Counted from the first letter of the stretch, positions 29,142 to 42,703 are shown. The stretch: 64,000 nucleotides of DNA from Eledone cirrhosa (GCA_964016885.1 OZ024740.1:391964001-392028000), one strand, 5' to 3'. Numbers and translations: made by a program. Notes: generated by a model not told the origin, from the letters alone.

Positions 29142-29343
29142 AATAAACAGCATAAGACAATTATTCCATTACCAAAGGTTTCACGAAGACAGACGAGCTC
29201 AACAGAGACGTCTGAAATCGCTCATCAGAATGAAAATTTAATTAAATTTTCATTCTGATGAGCGATTTCAGACGTCTCTGTTGAGCTCGTCTGTCTTCGT
29301 GAAACCTTTGGTAAATGGAATAATTGTCTTATGTTGTTTATTA
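29141..29343. repeat. Spacerless ~200-bp palindrome (fold-back of a hammerhead-bearing PLE-like terminus)
   Basis: Arms of ~100 bp are reverse complements about 29241/29242 (aaaatttaa|ttaaatttt), with one substitution and one 1-nt indel. Confidence 0.92.
29248..29320 (+). ncRNA. Type I hammerhead ribozyme motif
   Basis: Stem I UUUCAUU/AAUGGAA; core CUGAUGA 29255-61; long stem II GCGA..CAGACG..CGUCUG..UCGU; GAAA 29301-04; stem III ACC-UUU-GGU; cleavage triplet GUA 29311-13. Confidence 0.8.
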
Positions 29344-29470
29344 CATAATCAAATAGCACTGTAGCATACATAGAGCACTCGCCTTTCCTTTACCCTTCCT
29401 CCGGAAATACTTCATATATATATATAAATCAAATATTAGACTATTCAAACGGATTAAGCAAACAATTTCC

Positions 29471-29844
29471 GATCTTCAGCCATCCGTTCTAAGCGTGGAG
29501 ATGCAAGGATATATCACAGATATCAAAGAAATCCCGAGTTATCAAGATAGTTTCCATGCTTTTCAGTTTATTCGTCTGAAGTAATGCTCTATTTTCTTGT
29601 CTCATGTAATGTCACGATTATGTTCCTTCCTGTTATTCGTCCCTGGACAATGACTAATCTATTTTGCTTCATTACTCACCTTTTGTTCCCTCTGATCCCG
29701 AACGGCTGCTGCGATAATTTTCTTAGTAACTGGGTATATCCTGAACATTCCCGGTTACCATCCTTAATATACCAAAATCTTATATTTCATTTAACATCTG
29801 TGATATCCCCGGCTCTCCACACTTAATACCGATGGCTGAAGATC
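29471..29844. mobile_element. Element with ~55-bp imperfect terminal inverted repeats (MITE or PLE fold-back remnant)
   Basis: gatcttcagccatc..gtggaga..gatatatcacagat at the left pairs with atctgtgatatc..tctccac..gatggctgaagatc at the right. Confidence 0.6.
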
Positions 29845-29870
29845 AGAGTTCAATCGGGGGTAGCAACAGT

Positions 29871-29915
<45 letters not shown>

Positions 29916-31030
29916 AAAAAGAAGAAAAAGAAGAAGAAGAAGATGAAGACATTGGGGGGGGGGGGACACTTCTATGTTTAGTCAGCCATCTTGGATATAT
30001 GGGAAGGTCTGTTCGTGTGTTTGTTATTTGTCAGTTATATAGAAGATAAAATGGTTGACCTCAAACATTTTTTAATAACTTCATAATAACCAACTGTTCA
30101 CAAAAACATTAGTTGTGCTATTTTATATTTGGTGTAGGATTTAATGAAGAAACTGACATTTAATCATTATAGCATTGAGTTTCTGTACTGCATACTTTTA
30201 GGATGTCATTACACCTTAGATTGTCTCCCTTGCACTGAGAAAGCTAATAAAACAATTCATTATTCAGGTATTTTTAGATAGCACCTAAAATGTAAATGTT
30301 CATTTTGCATTCAATAATAGTCATATAAGTGCATGTGATCTATTTTTCTAATAGTCGAGGTCGCTGAGTTCCAAATTGAATTCATGCATTTCAAGGTCAA
30401 TGGCAAAGATCTTTTGTTAGAAAAATATGGAGTTCTTTTTCGTGGAAAATTGTTGAAGTTCATTTTATTTTTTCAAACAGATAATACACTGATATAATTT
30501 ATTATTCTTGACAGAGGATACACGGTTCTAAGATACTTTAATCATATGCACGGCCATAATTTTACGGGAAAGTAAGTTGAAACTAGTGAATTTGATGTTA
30601 ACCATACTAACGCTCTTGTCACAAAATTCAATACTCTTAGGTGGTTAATATCTATACTTTCTCAGGTTAATTACAAATTTCTTAAAATTCAATTTCAGGA
30701 ATCCCTAAAATGAAAAAAATACCTGTTCAATGTACAATTTAGTTTAATTTTTTGAAAAGCACTTACACCAATTAAAATATATTAAGACATTTCTTAACAA
30801 TGTATCTTTTTTACAAACAATATATATATTTCAAATATATTTCTGCTAAATTTTCATTATTGTTTTCCATTATAATAATATAGTAATATAAATATACATA
30901 TATCTGTGTGTGCGTGTAGTCTGCTTGGGGTCTATACAGAGGTAGAAGCTGCTAAATTGCCGGCCGCCCTTCTGTCTCTGATTTTCAACACCATGGATTT
31001 TTATCTGTTATATTCCTTCGTTATATTTTG

Positions 31031-31093
31031 AATTACCTGATGATGTCACCGGATTCATACTGAACCCGGTCATTGAAATGATCATAGTATAAT
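31031..31093 (+). ncRNA. Hammerhead ribozyme motif (short stem I, non-canonical stem II base)
   Basis: CUGAUGA 31037-43; stem II ACCGG/CCGGU; GAAA 31075-78; palindromic stem III AUGAUCAU; triplet AUA; stem I only UAC/GUA. Confidence 0.55.
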
Positions 31094-31138
31094 AAACCTT
31101 TAAAGGATTTACACCACAACTTGCCTCCTGTTATTTTG

Positions 31139-31864
<726 letters not shown>

Positions 31865-32590
31865 GCAACATGACCCTCCCAAAGTATAACAATATATATA
31901 TATATATATATAGTTTACCCTCCGTTCTAATGTACGGCACTGTCGTTCAATATGTGGATAGAGTAGCTGTGACATTAGAACCGCTCTCAGAACTTCTTAC
32001 TTAAACATCTCTCTCCATATTATTTACTCACTTCAATCTATATTTTTTTACTCACCTCAATCCGTATTCTCACTTGAAAAATTTTTTTATTTCTAATTGT
32101 TAATTTTTTAATTGTTTAATTTATAATTTCTGATATTTGATTTAGGATTTTAATTTTTATTTCCAACTCTCACTCTTAACTTCCAATGTAAAACCATAAT
32201 ACCTAGAATTAAGTTTATTTTCTCTTATGATTTGCTTGTCAGTCGTACTTCCACGCTTGGTGAGAGGTAGTATTGTGACCTGTAAAAACTAACACTCTCC
32301 CATCCCCTCTGGCTTTCGGCTGACTGCCACAGTCGGGATAGGTAGCAGAAAACTATGGTACAGGCCTAGGTGGGCCATTGTTTGGCTGAGACGGTGAACT
32401 GACTAAGCGAATTTCGTTGAAATCTGCGGTAGCTAATGGTCAACTTCCTTCGGACATGCGCATGCGCAGACCGGTGGGGGTAAATTGGTACTCAGGGGAA
32501 CGGATGAAGAACCCAAAAGCACACACTTCATCCGTTCCCATGTCGATTCAATTTGGATTGCCTCGGAAACATAACCTTATTATGTAACAA

Positions 32591-32664
32591 GCTGTCTGAT
32601 GATGTCACGACACTCGCACACAGAACAGTGTGGCCAGTGTCGCCATTGAAATATATATCACAGC
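32591..32664 (+). ncRNA. Type I hammerhead ribozyme motif
   Basis: Stem I GCUGU/ACAGC; CUGAUGA 32596-602; stem II CGACACU..AGUGUCG; GAAA 32648-51; palindromic stem III AUAUAUAU; triplet AUC. Confidence 0.75.
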
Positions 32665-32809
32665 ATTATTATTAAAGGACTTGAACATCTGAAACTACTT
32701 CGCTTTTCCTTATTCGATATTTAAAAAATGTCTTATGTTGCTTATTACTGTAGCCTACATAGAGCATGTAGCAGCAACATATAATTTATCACTCCGATCC
32801 TAGGAAGAG

Positions 32810-33264
<455 letters not shown>

Positions 33265-33385
33265 GGAGTTGAGTTTTATTGTAGCACAATAAAGCAATGC
33301 AAATATCGGATAAGTAGCACTCAACAGTTTATAGGACTGGAGTATAAATAATATAAAATCAAAAGATGGTTAAAAGCGTTCCATG

Positions 33386-33456
33386 TATTTTATTATGCGC
33401 ATTTCAAAAACAAATATCATCATGGGATGATATTTGCTTTCTCATCAGATAAAATA
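33386..33456 (-). ncRNA. Type I hammerhead ribozyme motif (best formed in the window)
   Basis: Minus strand: UAUUUUAU-CUGAUGA-GAAAGCAAAUAUCAUC(CCAU)GAUGAUAUUUGUUUUU-GAAA-UGCGCA-UA-AUAAAAUA. This gives an 8-bp stem I, a 16-bp stem II and a palindromic stem III. Confidence 0.88.
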
Positions 33457-34382
33457 GGGAGACATGATATGAAGCTTAAAAACACTTGCGTGCAGTGAAA
33501 TGTCAAATCAACATATGAAAAATAAAATTAGAGGGATATATGAGATTGGAAAAAAGGAAAGGAAGGGGGAAAGAAAAGTTAAGGAAGAGGAAGAAAAAAT
33601 ATAGATAGAAGAAAAAAAATATAATAATAAGGTGGAGGAGTATAAGAAGGAAGGATGAGAGAGGAGGAGGAAATGAGTGAGAGAGAGAGAAAAATAAAAA
33701 TTAAAAAAAACGTCGTAAGATAATACATAATTTTAAAAAATTAAAAAATTAAAAGTTAAAGAGGTTTATGAATGGTGATGCTTATGATTAAAGAAAAAGG
33801 AATTAAGAATACTATTTATTTAAGGTTTATATGTTGAAGGGTTTAATAAGATGTGCGAAAAGGAATTTATTAAAATGTATTATTAAAATAAAATATATTA
33901 AGAAGATAAGGTGAATGAAGATAAGGTTAAATGAATTATGAACTTAGAGGAATTAATTAGGGTCCGAGTTTGTTTCTATATATTGTAATAGGAAAAAGTA
34001 AATAATAGAGTTAATACGAGCATGGAAAGAGAGAAGAATGAAAAGATTCAAGGAAGAAAAAATATATAACGTCAAAAAAATATGTTTACAAAATTTCTCT
34101 AATGGTAATATTAGTATATATTAAAAATAAAAATTTGTATGGCCGAGAATATAAGGAAAATGCTATAGTGAGTTATAAGATAAATTAAGAAGTAATTGAG
34201 AAGTAAAAGTTGCAGATTAAAGATTAGAAATTAAAAAAAGAAGAAAAATTAGGGGACCGCTAACGACATAGTATGAGTAATATTGTATAATATACTGAAA
34301 TAAGGTAGAAAGATGGGTATATTTGTAAAAAAATATAAAAGTGTTTGAGAAAAAGATTTTAAACTAATTAGGTAGTAAGAAA

Positions 34383-34556
34383 TTAGCTGTATACTTTATG
34401 GAAAGTTCTATGGGATTTATGCAAGCAGAGCGAAAATAAATCCGTACATCTATTTATTATAGAATTAAAATTAGAGATAGTGGTAAATTTCTCCGCTAGG
34501 CAGAGATTACATGTTCTGGATAGGGAAGACTCATGGTAAAGAGAGGCGTTGCAAAC
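34383..34556 (-). pseudogene. C-terminal fragment of a PLE GIY-YIG endonuclease (not in ORF track)
   Basis: Manual translation ..SRTCNLCLAEKFTTISNFNSIINRCTDLFSLCLHKSHRTFHKVYS*. It shares the CxLCxxE(K/R)..N..CxH pattern with ORF 62339-62572. Confidence 0.7.
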
Positions 34557-34758
34557 TTTTCTCCTCCTCCGTCATCCTTTCCTTATTATTATATTTTTTT
34601 TCTTCTATCTATATTTTTTCTTCCTCTTCCTTAGCTTTTCTTTCCCCCCTTCCTTTCCTTTTTTCCAATCTCATATATCCCTCTAATTTTACTTTTCATA
34701 TGTTGATTTGACACTTCACTGCTCGCAAGTGTTTTTTAAGCTTCATATCGTGTCCCCC

Positions 34759-34829
34759 TATGTTATCTGATGAGAACGCAAATATCATCCCATGATGATA
34801 TTTGTTTTTGAAATGCGCATAATAAAATA
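34759..34829 (+). ncRNA. Hammerhead motif, inverted copy of 33386-33456
   Basis: CUGAUGA 34767-73; GAAA 34810-13; UGCGCA-UA; one mismatch each in stems I and II. Confidence 0.8.
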
Positions 34830-35103
34830 CATGGAACTCTTTTAACCATCTTTTGATTTTATATTATATATATATATATATATATACAAATAAAATACAC
34901 AGTTACTAACTCATATTGATACCCCAACTTTCAGAGCGAAACAGATTAAATCTCTAATCTGTCGGAGAGATGAATTAGTTATTGAGACGGTCTGTATATA
35001 TATTCTATATTTTCCGTTTGCTTCAGGTTAAATTTATCAAACCAATGTGGTATTTCAACCCTCGTAATTTTAGACACACAATTTACTGTCTTTATTTCTA
35101 CAC

Positions 35104-35850
<747 letters not shown>

Positions 35851-36045
35851 GTCTATGTCTGTTGAGAAGGAAATGGGTTTATTATTCTCTTTTTAGTTTC
35901 CCATCGGGAAATAGCCAAGATTAGTATTGGGATCTATTCTAATTACCTTCTCTATTGCACATTGAAGATATAGCAATGAAAAACACGATGGAACGAGACC
36001 GCGTTTTAGTAGGCCGTGTAGTAAAATAAAACCGCCGTCCCATCA

Positions 36046-36700
36046 AATAATAGTTGTTTCTACTTTAGGCACAAGGCCAGCGAATTTAGGGGAGGGGAAG
36101 GCGTTTAAATCTGCCCCAGTACGTGACTGCTACTTTATTTTATCGACCCCCGTAAGGATGAAAAGCAAAGCTAACCTCAGTGGGATTTGAAATCAAAACG
36201 TAAAGGGCCGTAACTCTATGTCGCAAAACATGTTGTCCGACGCTCTGCCTATGTCGTTAATCCAACGCCACAATAATAATGATTCATAATTTAGGCACAA
36301 AGCCAACACATTTGCGGCAGGAGAAAGTCTATTATATCGACCCCAGTGCGTTACTGGTACTTTATTTTATCGACCCCGGAAGGATGAAAGGCAAAGCTGA
36401 CCTCGGCCGGATTTGAACTCAGAACATAGAAAGTCGTAACTAAATACCGCAAAACATTTTGGCCGATGTTCCAATGATGCTGCCAACCCACTGCCCTAAT
36501 AATAATTGTTTCTAATTTTGGCACAAGGCCAGCAATTATCCCAGTGCATTACTGGTACTTTATTTTATCGACCCCGTAAGGTTGAAAGACAAAGTTAACC
36601 TCGGCGGGATTTGAACTCAGACTGTAAAGATGTGTAACTCTATGCTGCAAAGCATGGCGTCCGACCCTAGCCGATCCTGCCAATCCACCGCCCTCACTGC
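36046..36700 (-). mobile_element. Three head-to-tail copies of the OK-like SINE (~36046-36250, 36272-36497, 36498-36700)
   Basis: Each has tactttattttatcgacccc..aagg(a/t)tgaaa..caaag..acctc..ggatttgaa, the reverse complement of the 28.3-kb copy. Confidence 0.85.
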
Positions 36701-37473
36701 CCTAATAATAATAATTATTAGTAGTAGTAGTATTTTTATTATTAATATATCTTTGTTGGATAAAGGGATCGAAACCTAAAGGACAATACAAAAACAGAGA
36801 CCGTGCGAGTTTACATGAAATCGAATAAAAAATATATAACAATAAATACGATTATAACAATAGAATTTCCCGAGAGAGGGAGTACCACACAGGAGCGACT
36901 TAGAAATCCCACCAATCCTAAACCACCCTACTCTCCAAGAGTACCTGAGGAGAGTTACATTCACCCACCTTTAAACAAATGTACTGGGAGATAGCACTTC
37001 ACCTCCTACTCTCACCCCCCTTTCCAAGTGAAGCTTGAAACATTTGATGACGTGATTAGCCAAAGAGGAAAGTGTCGGTCATTTGTCCTTTCAGCCGCGT
37101 CCACGCAACTTCTTTCACTAAAACCACCAGGTAGGGGGAAACCTCCAGGCTTTCCCGGCCCTTGTTTGCAAGATTTTGTATTTCTTAGTACCGTAACAAC
37201 GACATTAATGATAATATAGGTTTAGCAATTATCCAATCTGAACAGAGTCGGGTAGAATATATACGTTCCTATAAAATAAATAAGTCGAACATTTCAGCCG
37301 AAAGTGAAGTAATATTACAATATAAAAAGCATATATGCTCAATTTTAATGCCTACTCGTGTACCTCTGCTTGTTGGTTATCTTATCATAACTTTCCACAA
37401 GGACGGTAAAATGTATACTTCTTCGAGGAGGGCCGAAATGTTTAAAACAAAAATGACAGAGACAATCCTCAAA

Positions 37474-37475
<2 letters not shown>

Positions 37476-37516
<41 letters not shown>

Positions 37517-37523
37517 CTCTCTC

Positions 37524-37594
<71 letters not shown>

Positions 37595-37620
37595 CTCTCT
37601 CTCGTTCTCTCTCTCTCTCA

Positions 37621-37717
<97 letters not shown>

Positions 37718-37735
37718 TCTCTCTCTCTCTCTCTT
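37476..37735. repeat. (CT)n microsatellite, ~260 bp
   Basis: Directly visible. Confidence 0.95.
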
Positions 37736-37748
37736 TCCATATATATAT

Positions 37749-38092
37749 AATTGGATACTTAGTAAAATCGAATCTCTGGCGGTTTGCAAGCAAATTCGGC
37801 CTACTATATGAAATAATGAGTTATCAAAGCACTCGATAAGGTAGGTCCTTAGAGTAATAACATACGTTTAAATAGCTTGACAAATCGAACATTGTGGTAG
37901 GCAAAATCTAACACACAATATACCAAAGTAACGAAAGAACTAACAGGTTGAGAAAAATACACCTGGACAAATCAAACGTTATACGTTTAAAGTGTTTCTA
38001 TGAATCCGAAATCAAATATCAGACTTACGTGACTGGCAAGCTCGTGGTATTCATGATCGAACAGAGGATTCAGTTCATCAACAGGTTTTCGT

Positions 38093-38095
<3 letters not shown>
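37749..38095 (+). repeat. Second copy of the unclassified ~350-bp repeat
   Basis: Reverse complement of 32810-33160 with moderate divergence. Confidence 0.85.
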
Positions 38096-38160
<65 letters not shown>

Positions 38161-38290
38161 ATCTCCTACTGTATTAAGGCCGAAACATCTATGATCTACG
38201 GTTTACAGCTGATGAAGGATTTCTTCTCTTGTTTCGTCCATATTACCATCTTAAACTTTGTTTACAGTAACCACACAGCTCGTTTCGTTT

Positions 38291-38357
<67 letters not shown>

Positions 38358-38364
<7 letters not shown>

Positions 38365-38622
38365 ACTTTGGGAGTGTTATGCTGCCAATAAAAACACACG
38401 CACCTGTTGGTTTTCACTTCAATTTATTATAAGTTTCCGGTTGGTTGGTTGGTTGGTTCGATAACCGGGAGGTTGTTTATATATTGTCAAAGCTCTTTCG
38501 TCACAAATTCTGTGACCTCTTCAGTGACTAGGTTTCTACTTTGTGTCTCTCCTTTGTTCTGTCCTACACCAAGATGGTATGTGTGTTTTTATTGGCAGCA
38601 TGACCCTCCCAAAATGTAACAA
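38358..38622 (-). mobile_element. Small PLE-terminus-like element with ~42-bp inverted ends and an internal hammerhead
   Basis: ttgttatactttgggagtgttatgctgccaataaaaacacac versus gtgtgtttttattggcagcatgaccctcccaaaatgtaacaa. The same end sequence occurs at 31859-31893. Confidence 0.7.
38486..38528 (-). ncRNA. Minimal type I hammerhead motif
   Basis: Minus strand GUCA-CUGAAGA-G-GUCACA(GAAUU)UGUGAC-GAAA-GAGC-UU-UGAC. Confidence 0.7.
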
Positions 38623-38654
38623 AATCTGTTTCAGCACAAGTTTTCAGATAATAA

Positions 38655-38716
38655 ATATCGCAAAACATATTCAAAAACGAATATATATATATATATTCGT
38701 TTTTGAATTTGTTTTG

Positions 38717-38722
<6 letters not shown>
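38655..38722. repeat. Near-perfect palindrome centred on (AT)n
   Basis: atatcgcaaaacatattcaaaaacgaatat...atattcgtttttgaatttgttttgcgatat. Confidence 0.85.
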
Positions 38723-38764
<42 letters not shown>

Positions 38765-38895
38765 TACATTCAAAGTTATGGATGTCATGATTGAGATAAT
38801 CTCGAACATGTGTCCTGTCTCCCAAATCATCTCATAGAAAAAATTCAAAGAATAAATCCGAGCATTTAATCATTATAAAATAGTGAATTACATAA

Positions 38896-39180
38896 ATATA
38901 TACACATAAATATCCAATGATATAAATGTATAAGACACGACGATCCAAAATCGATTATCTAACTTCGTCGATATTTGGAGAAATGTATTCATGTTTTGTG
39001 AAGGATACATATGAGAGAGATATATATCATTTTCATCAGGTATCTATATTTTTAATTTTTTAAAAATTTTAATATGATACTGTAATGAGCTATATATTCT
39101 TACATTCTATACAGATTGTCTATTGTTAAAGTTTGATATGTCTTATACATTTATATCATTGGATATTTATGTATATATAT
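38896..39180. mobile_element. AT-rich element with ~42-bp terminal inverted repeats (MITE-like)
   Basis: cataaatatccaatgatataaatgtataagaca versus tgtcttatacatttatatcattggatatttatg. Confidence 0.65.
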
Positions 39181-39319
39181 CTATATATATATATATATGT
39201 CATTCTATATTATATAATTTTATAATTATATATATATATATGTAGAGAGAGAGAGAGATCTTTCTCTCTATCTACCTCTCTTTCTTTCTCTCTCTCTCAA
39301 CCTCTACCAACTCTCCCTC

Positions 39320-40100
39320 CTGTATATCTACGACTTACTTGCTGTAACCTTTAGCAGCTACCACTCCTATGCAGATGATTCCATTCTTCACTACTACCAA
39401 AACTGCTGCATACATGCGTCATCCATATTGAGACACCATGCCAATGACCAGAAGCCCACAAAACAGCCTTCAGTGTATTCATACCAATCCTGTCTCCTTC
39501 CACAGCATAAAAATACTATCACTGCACATAGTAAGAAAATACGCTCGCTTCCCATCATCTAGTGAGGGAAGACACAAAACTAAATCTTGTAAAGTCAATA
39601 AAAGTGGTAGAACTTTTAACCACTTATGGTCTCTCCTCGTGATCTTCAATCCACAAAATGGCAAAAACAATTCATCTCCAAAAAATATTCGTCTTCTTTC
39701 GGACCAGATTCTTCAGCTGCTAACAGTTGCTAAATCTCTACAAAGCTCACGTTAGACTCACAATAGAATACATTATTGCATCTGGAACGGTGCTGTTGCT
39801 TCTCACAAAGACAGCCTATATCGCATTTCCCCCAAAAGAAACTCAATTGGTTGGCTTGGAGTTGCTCACTAACTCTAGCCCATAGACATGCTATCTCTTC
39901 ACATTACCTTTTCTATCGATACTACAGAGGCATATTCTCCTCGGATCTGGCTAGTATCATGCCACCTTCCTTCAAGCACTCCTGTCTCACTCGACTCCAC
40001 ACCACCCCACCCCTCATCGTCAATATTGTGTCTGCTTCTCCTCTGAGGCCTATACCAGGCACTATATCCAATCAGTCCTCAGAACATTTTTAGATAATCC
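39320..40100 (+). pseudogene. Highly decayed non-LTR retrotransposon RT 3' fragment (CR1/L2-like)
   Basis: HSYADDS (cactcctatgcagatgattcc, ~39362-39382) and downstream LAHRHAISSHYLFYRYYRG, resembling the L..RR....L..FY+YY motif of CR1/L2-group ORF2 ends. Confidence 0.6.
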
Positions 40101-41086
40101 AAAAAATATTCTGAGTCTTAGAGTTTTTTTCTGAGGACACCAAATGTATCGCTTCATCATTCTCTAGAAGCCTGCGAAATTCATAGAAACAGCTCCTTTC
40201 GCCAGACAGATTAGAAACATTATTATAAAAATATCAAAATATGGCACAAGTATTGTTAAACTCTGTCATCTACTATACTACATACATTCAAAAATGATTA
40301 CAGTATTGAGTACTACATTACACTTATTCTTTATTACACAATACGTTGCATTTATGTCTACATATATCTCATGGTTATAATTACTCAATATTTCTTAAGT
40401 GAGTTATTCTGTAATAATTGTGTGAAACAACTACAACTATAGACACAGTAGATCCTGACCGAGATTGAACCCCAGACAATGATATCCCCCGTCTCCAACA
40501 CCTACCACTAGGCCACAAGCTGCTTCTTCTGACAAGACCCACTGGAAGGAGTGTTTGAGGACTCTGCCCCCACGACCCTTTCAAGAAGAAGAAAAAGAAG
40601 AAGAAGAAGAAGAAGAACTATAACTACAATCACAACATCAATAATATCAATATCATCAATAAAATTAGAATATATGATTGTCGTTGACAAACTCCGATTC
40701 TTTCCTCTTGAATTTCAGTAAATAATAACTGGGTACTGATTTTGCTAAAGGAAGATGATTTCTAAATCATTTCGAGTTATAGTTGTTACAATCTCTGAAT
40801 AATTGAATTAGCAATAATGATCCAGAGACAATTCTTTCCTGGAACATTGAGAGAATGGCGGTATTTCTTTGATGTTTTATCTTTGAATTCAGTTCTCTGG
40901 GAATCGTAGCGGAAATTACATTTTAGCGTGAACAGTTATATGTGTTAAGACAACGAGCATTAACTGTTTGCTGAGGCAGACACAAAGAGACTACTTAGTG
41001 TGCCAATATGTAAACTTGGGTGGTTACATGCGTGCGTATATGTGCATTTAACTATGTATATATGTATGTATATATATATATATATA

Positions 41087-41230
41087 GGAACATTTTCAAG
41101 ACCCCGATGGCAGAGCTCAAGCCGTTTCGACGGCTATTTCTGGACTAGTCCAGAACATTTTCAAGACCCCGCCGGCAGAGCTCAAGCCGTTTCGACGACT
41201 ATTTCTGGACTCGGGATCTTGAAAATATTC
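41087..41230. repeat. ~145-bp element: two ~64-bp tandem units bounded by ~20-bp inverted repeats
   Basis: gaacattttcaagacccc..gcagagctcaagccgtttcgac..tatttctggact occurs twice; the end cgggatcttgaaaatattcc is complementary to the start. Confidence 0.75.
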
Positions 41231-41408
41231 CTATTACCCATTCTACTACCCTAAGTATTGAGTACTCTGGTGCGTTATGGTCCAGCTGGTTCCTTACCAC
41301 ACTTCCTTCGTTATATATATATATATATATATATACAAGGATAGGAATTAGCATGTATATTTGCGTTCTCTCTATCCATTAGGCTAGATGTGTGGCGGGC
41401 AATTCCAC

Positions 41409-41486
41409 GCTTGCTGACTGAGGAACCTGTGGTTTTGTACGCTACACATTTCAGTGGCGAAACTAAATAGATTCGTATCAGCAAGC
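41409..41486 (+). ncRNA. Type I hammerhead ribozyme motif
   Basis: Perfect 9-bp stem I GCUUGCUGA/UCAGCAAGC; CUGAGGA 41418-24; GAAAC 41459-63; triplet GUA 41475-77; A-C mismatch at the base of stem II. Confidence 0.72.
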
Positions 41487-41760
41487 TTATAGTTATAAGG
41501 TTGGTAATTTAAAACTCTACTTCGGAGATTTGATTCTGACTTAGGGTTCTTTCTATTTAATTGCTAACCTGTAAGTGTTGTTTTCCATACAGTAACGGTT
41601 AAACCCACATGTAATAATTCTTTACACACATCTCACTGTGTAACACACTTCTCTCTGTGTAATATATTTGTATATATATATATGTATATATAGGGGGGGG
41701 TGAGCGTGTCTCCTTATATATATATATAAATATAGGTGGGGGTGAGCGTGTCTCCGTATA

Positions 41761-42551
41761 TCTATATATATAAAACAGAGGATGTCTGTGTGTCTGTTTC
41801 CCTAAAACTCGAGAAGTACCCAGCCGGTTTTTTTCAAACTTTATACATGTAACTCGTATGACCCCGGAAGTGTTTTGAGCAAAACAAATTTCAAATTTTC
41901 AATGCCCTAGGGACCGCATTAGGAGATTTAGCGATCTCTTTCTCTTTCTCTTAGTCTTTCTCTTTTTAGATAGATACATAGATATGACGTCGTGCCTTCA
42001 TAATATCTGTCTGTATGCCTGACTGTCTGCATTACGTCATTATGACGCGATCAGTGTGTGTGTGTATATATATTCTTATGCCAGGGAACGTCTTCACGAA
42101 CCAAAGTATCGTCTCCCTGTTTTCCAGATTGATTTTTTTTAGTTTAAGAAGATCCCGTTAAGGTTGAAAGCAGCGATTCTTTGCTTAAACATTAATAAGT
42201 TATTTTAATATAGATATTCGTGTACAGATATTTTTGCATACACAAAAACAAAATATAAACAAACAAGGCCAAAGATTACATCAATTAGTCTTAGTGTATG
42301 TACTTCATACTGCTTTTAGGTAGAATATCCCGTTAAGGGTGAAAGCAGTGATTCTTTGCTTAAACTTTAGTCTGTTATTTTAATATATATATATATATAT
42401 AATTATATATTTATGGACAGATATTTTTGCATACACAATAACAAAATATAAACAAACGTATTTATTTCACGAGGTTCGATAAGGATAAATATATATCAAA
42501 TATATAAGAACCCTATAGCAAATCCCGAGCAACGCCGGGCCATTCTGCTAG
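41761..42551 (+). mobile_element. Non-autonomous Helitron
   Basis: Starts A|TCTATATATATAAAA and ends CTAG|T, with subterminal GC hairpin cccgagcaacgccggg (42524-42539). Internal ~120-bp duplication (~42150-42265 and ~42325-42457). Confidence 0.85.
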
Positions 42552-42615
42552 TATATATATATATATATATATATATATCAAAATGAAAATCCGAAGGCAA
42601 GGTAAAATTTCCAAT

Positions 42616-42703
42616 CATTTTAATCACGACACATGTTTCAATAAGAGATAGATCGATCGTGAAGCCATGATCAATTATCACTGATCTCATCAGGTGAAAA
42701 TGA
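42616..42703 (-). ncRNA. Type I hammerhead motif, intact core
   Basis: UCAC-CUGAUGA-long imperfect stem II-GAAAC-AUGU-GUC-GUGA; triplet GUC. Confidence 0.72.

Larger units (their letters stand above)
33340..34868 (-). mobile_element. 5'-truncated Penelope-like element with inverted duplication of its ~300-bp 3' terminus
   Basis: Inverted repeats ~33340-33640 and ~34557-34868 each carry a hammerhead. The minus strand between them encodes a PLE endonuclease C-terminus followed by a long pyrimidine-rich 3' region. Confidence 0.8.

Noticed and set aside
38175-38245. cgaaac...ctgatga as a permuted (type II) hammerhead
   Set aside because: Stem II strands do not pair convincingly.
41087-41230. 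CRISPR-like repeat
   Set aside because: Only two adjacent units with no unique spacers, no cas genes and a eukaryotic context.
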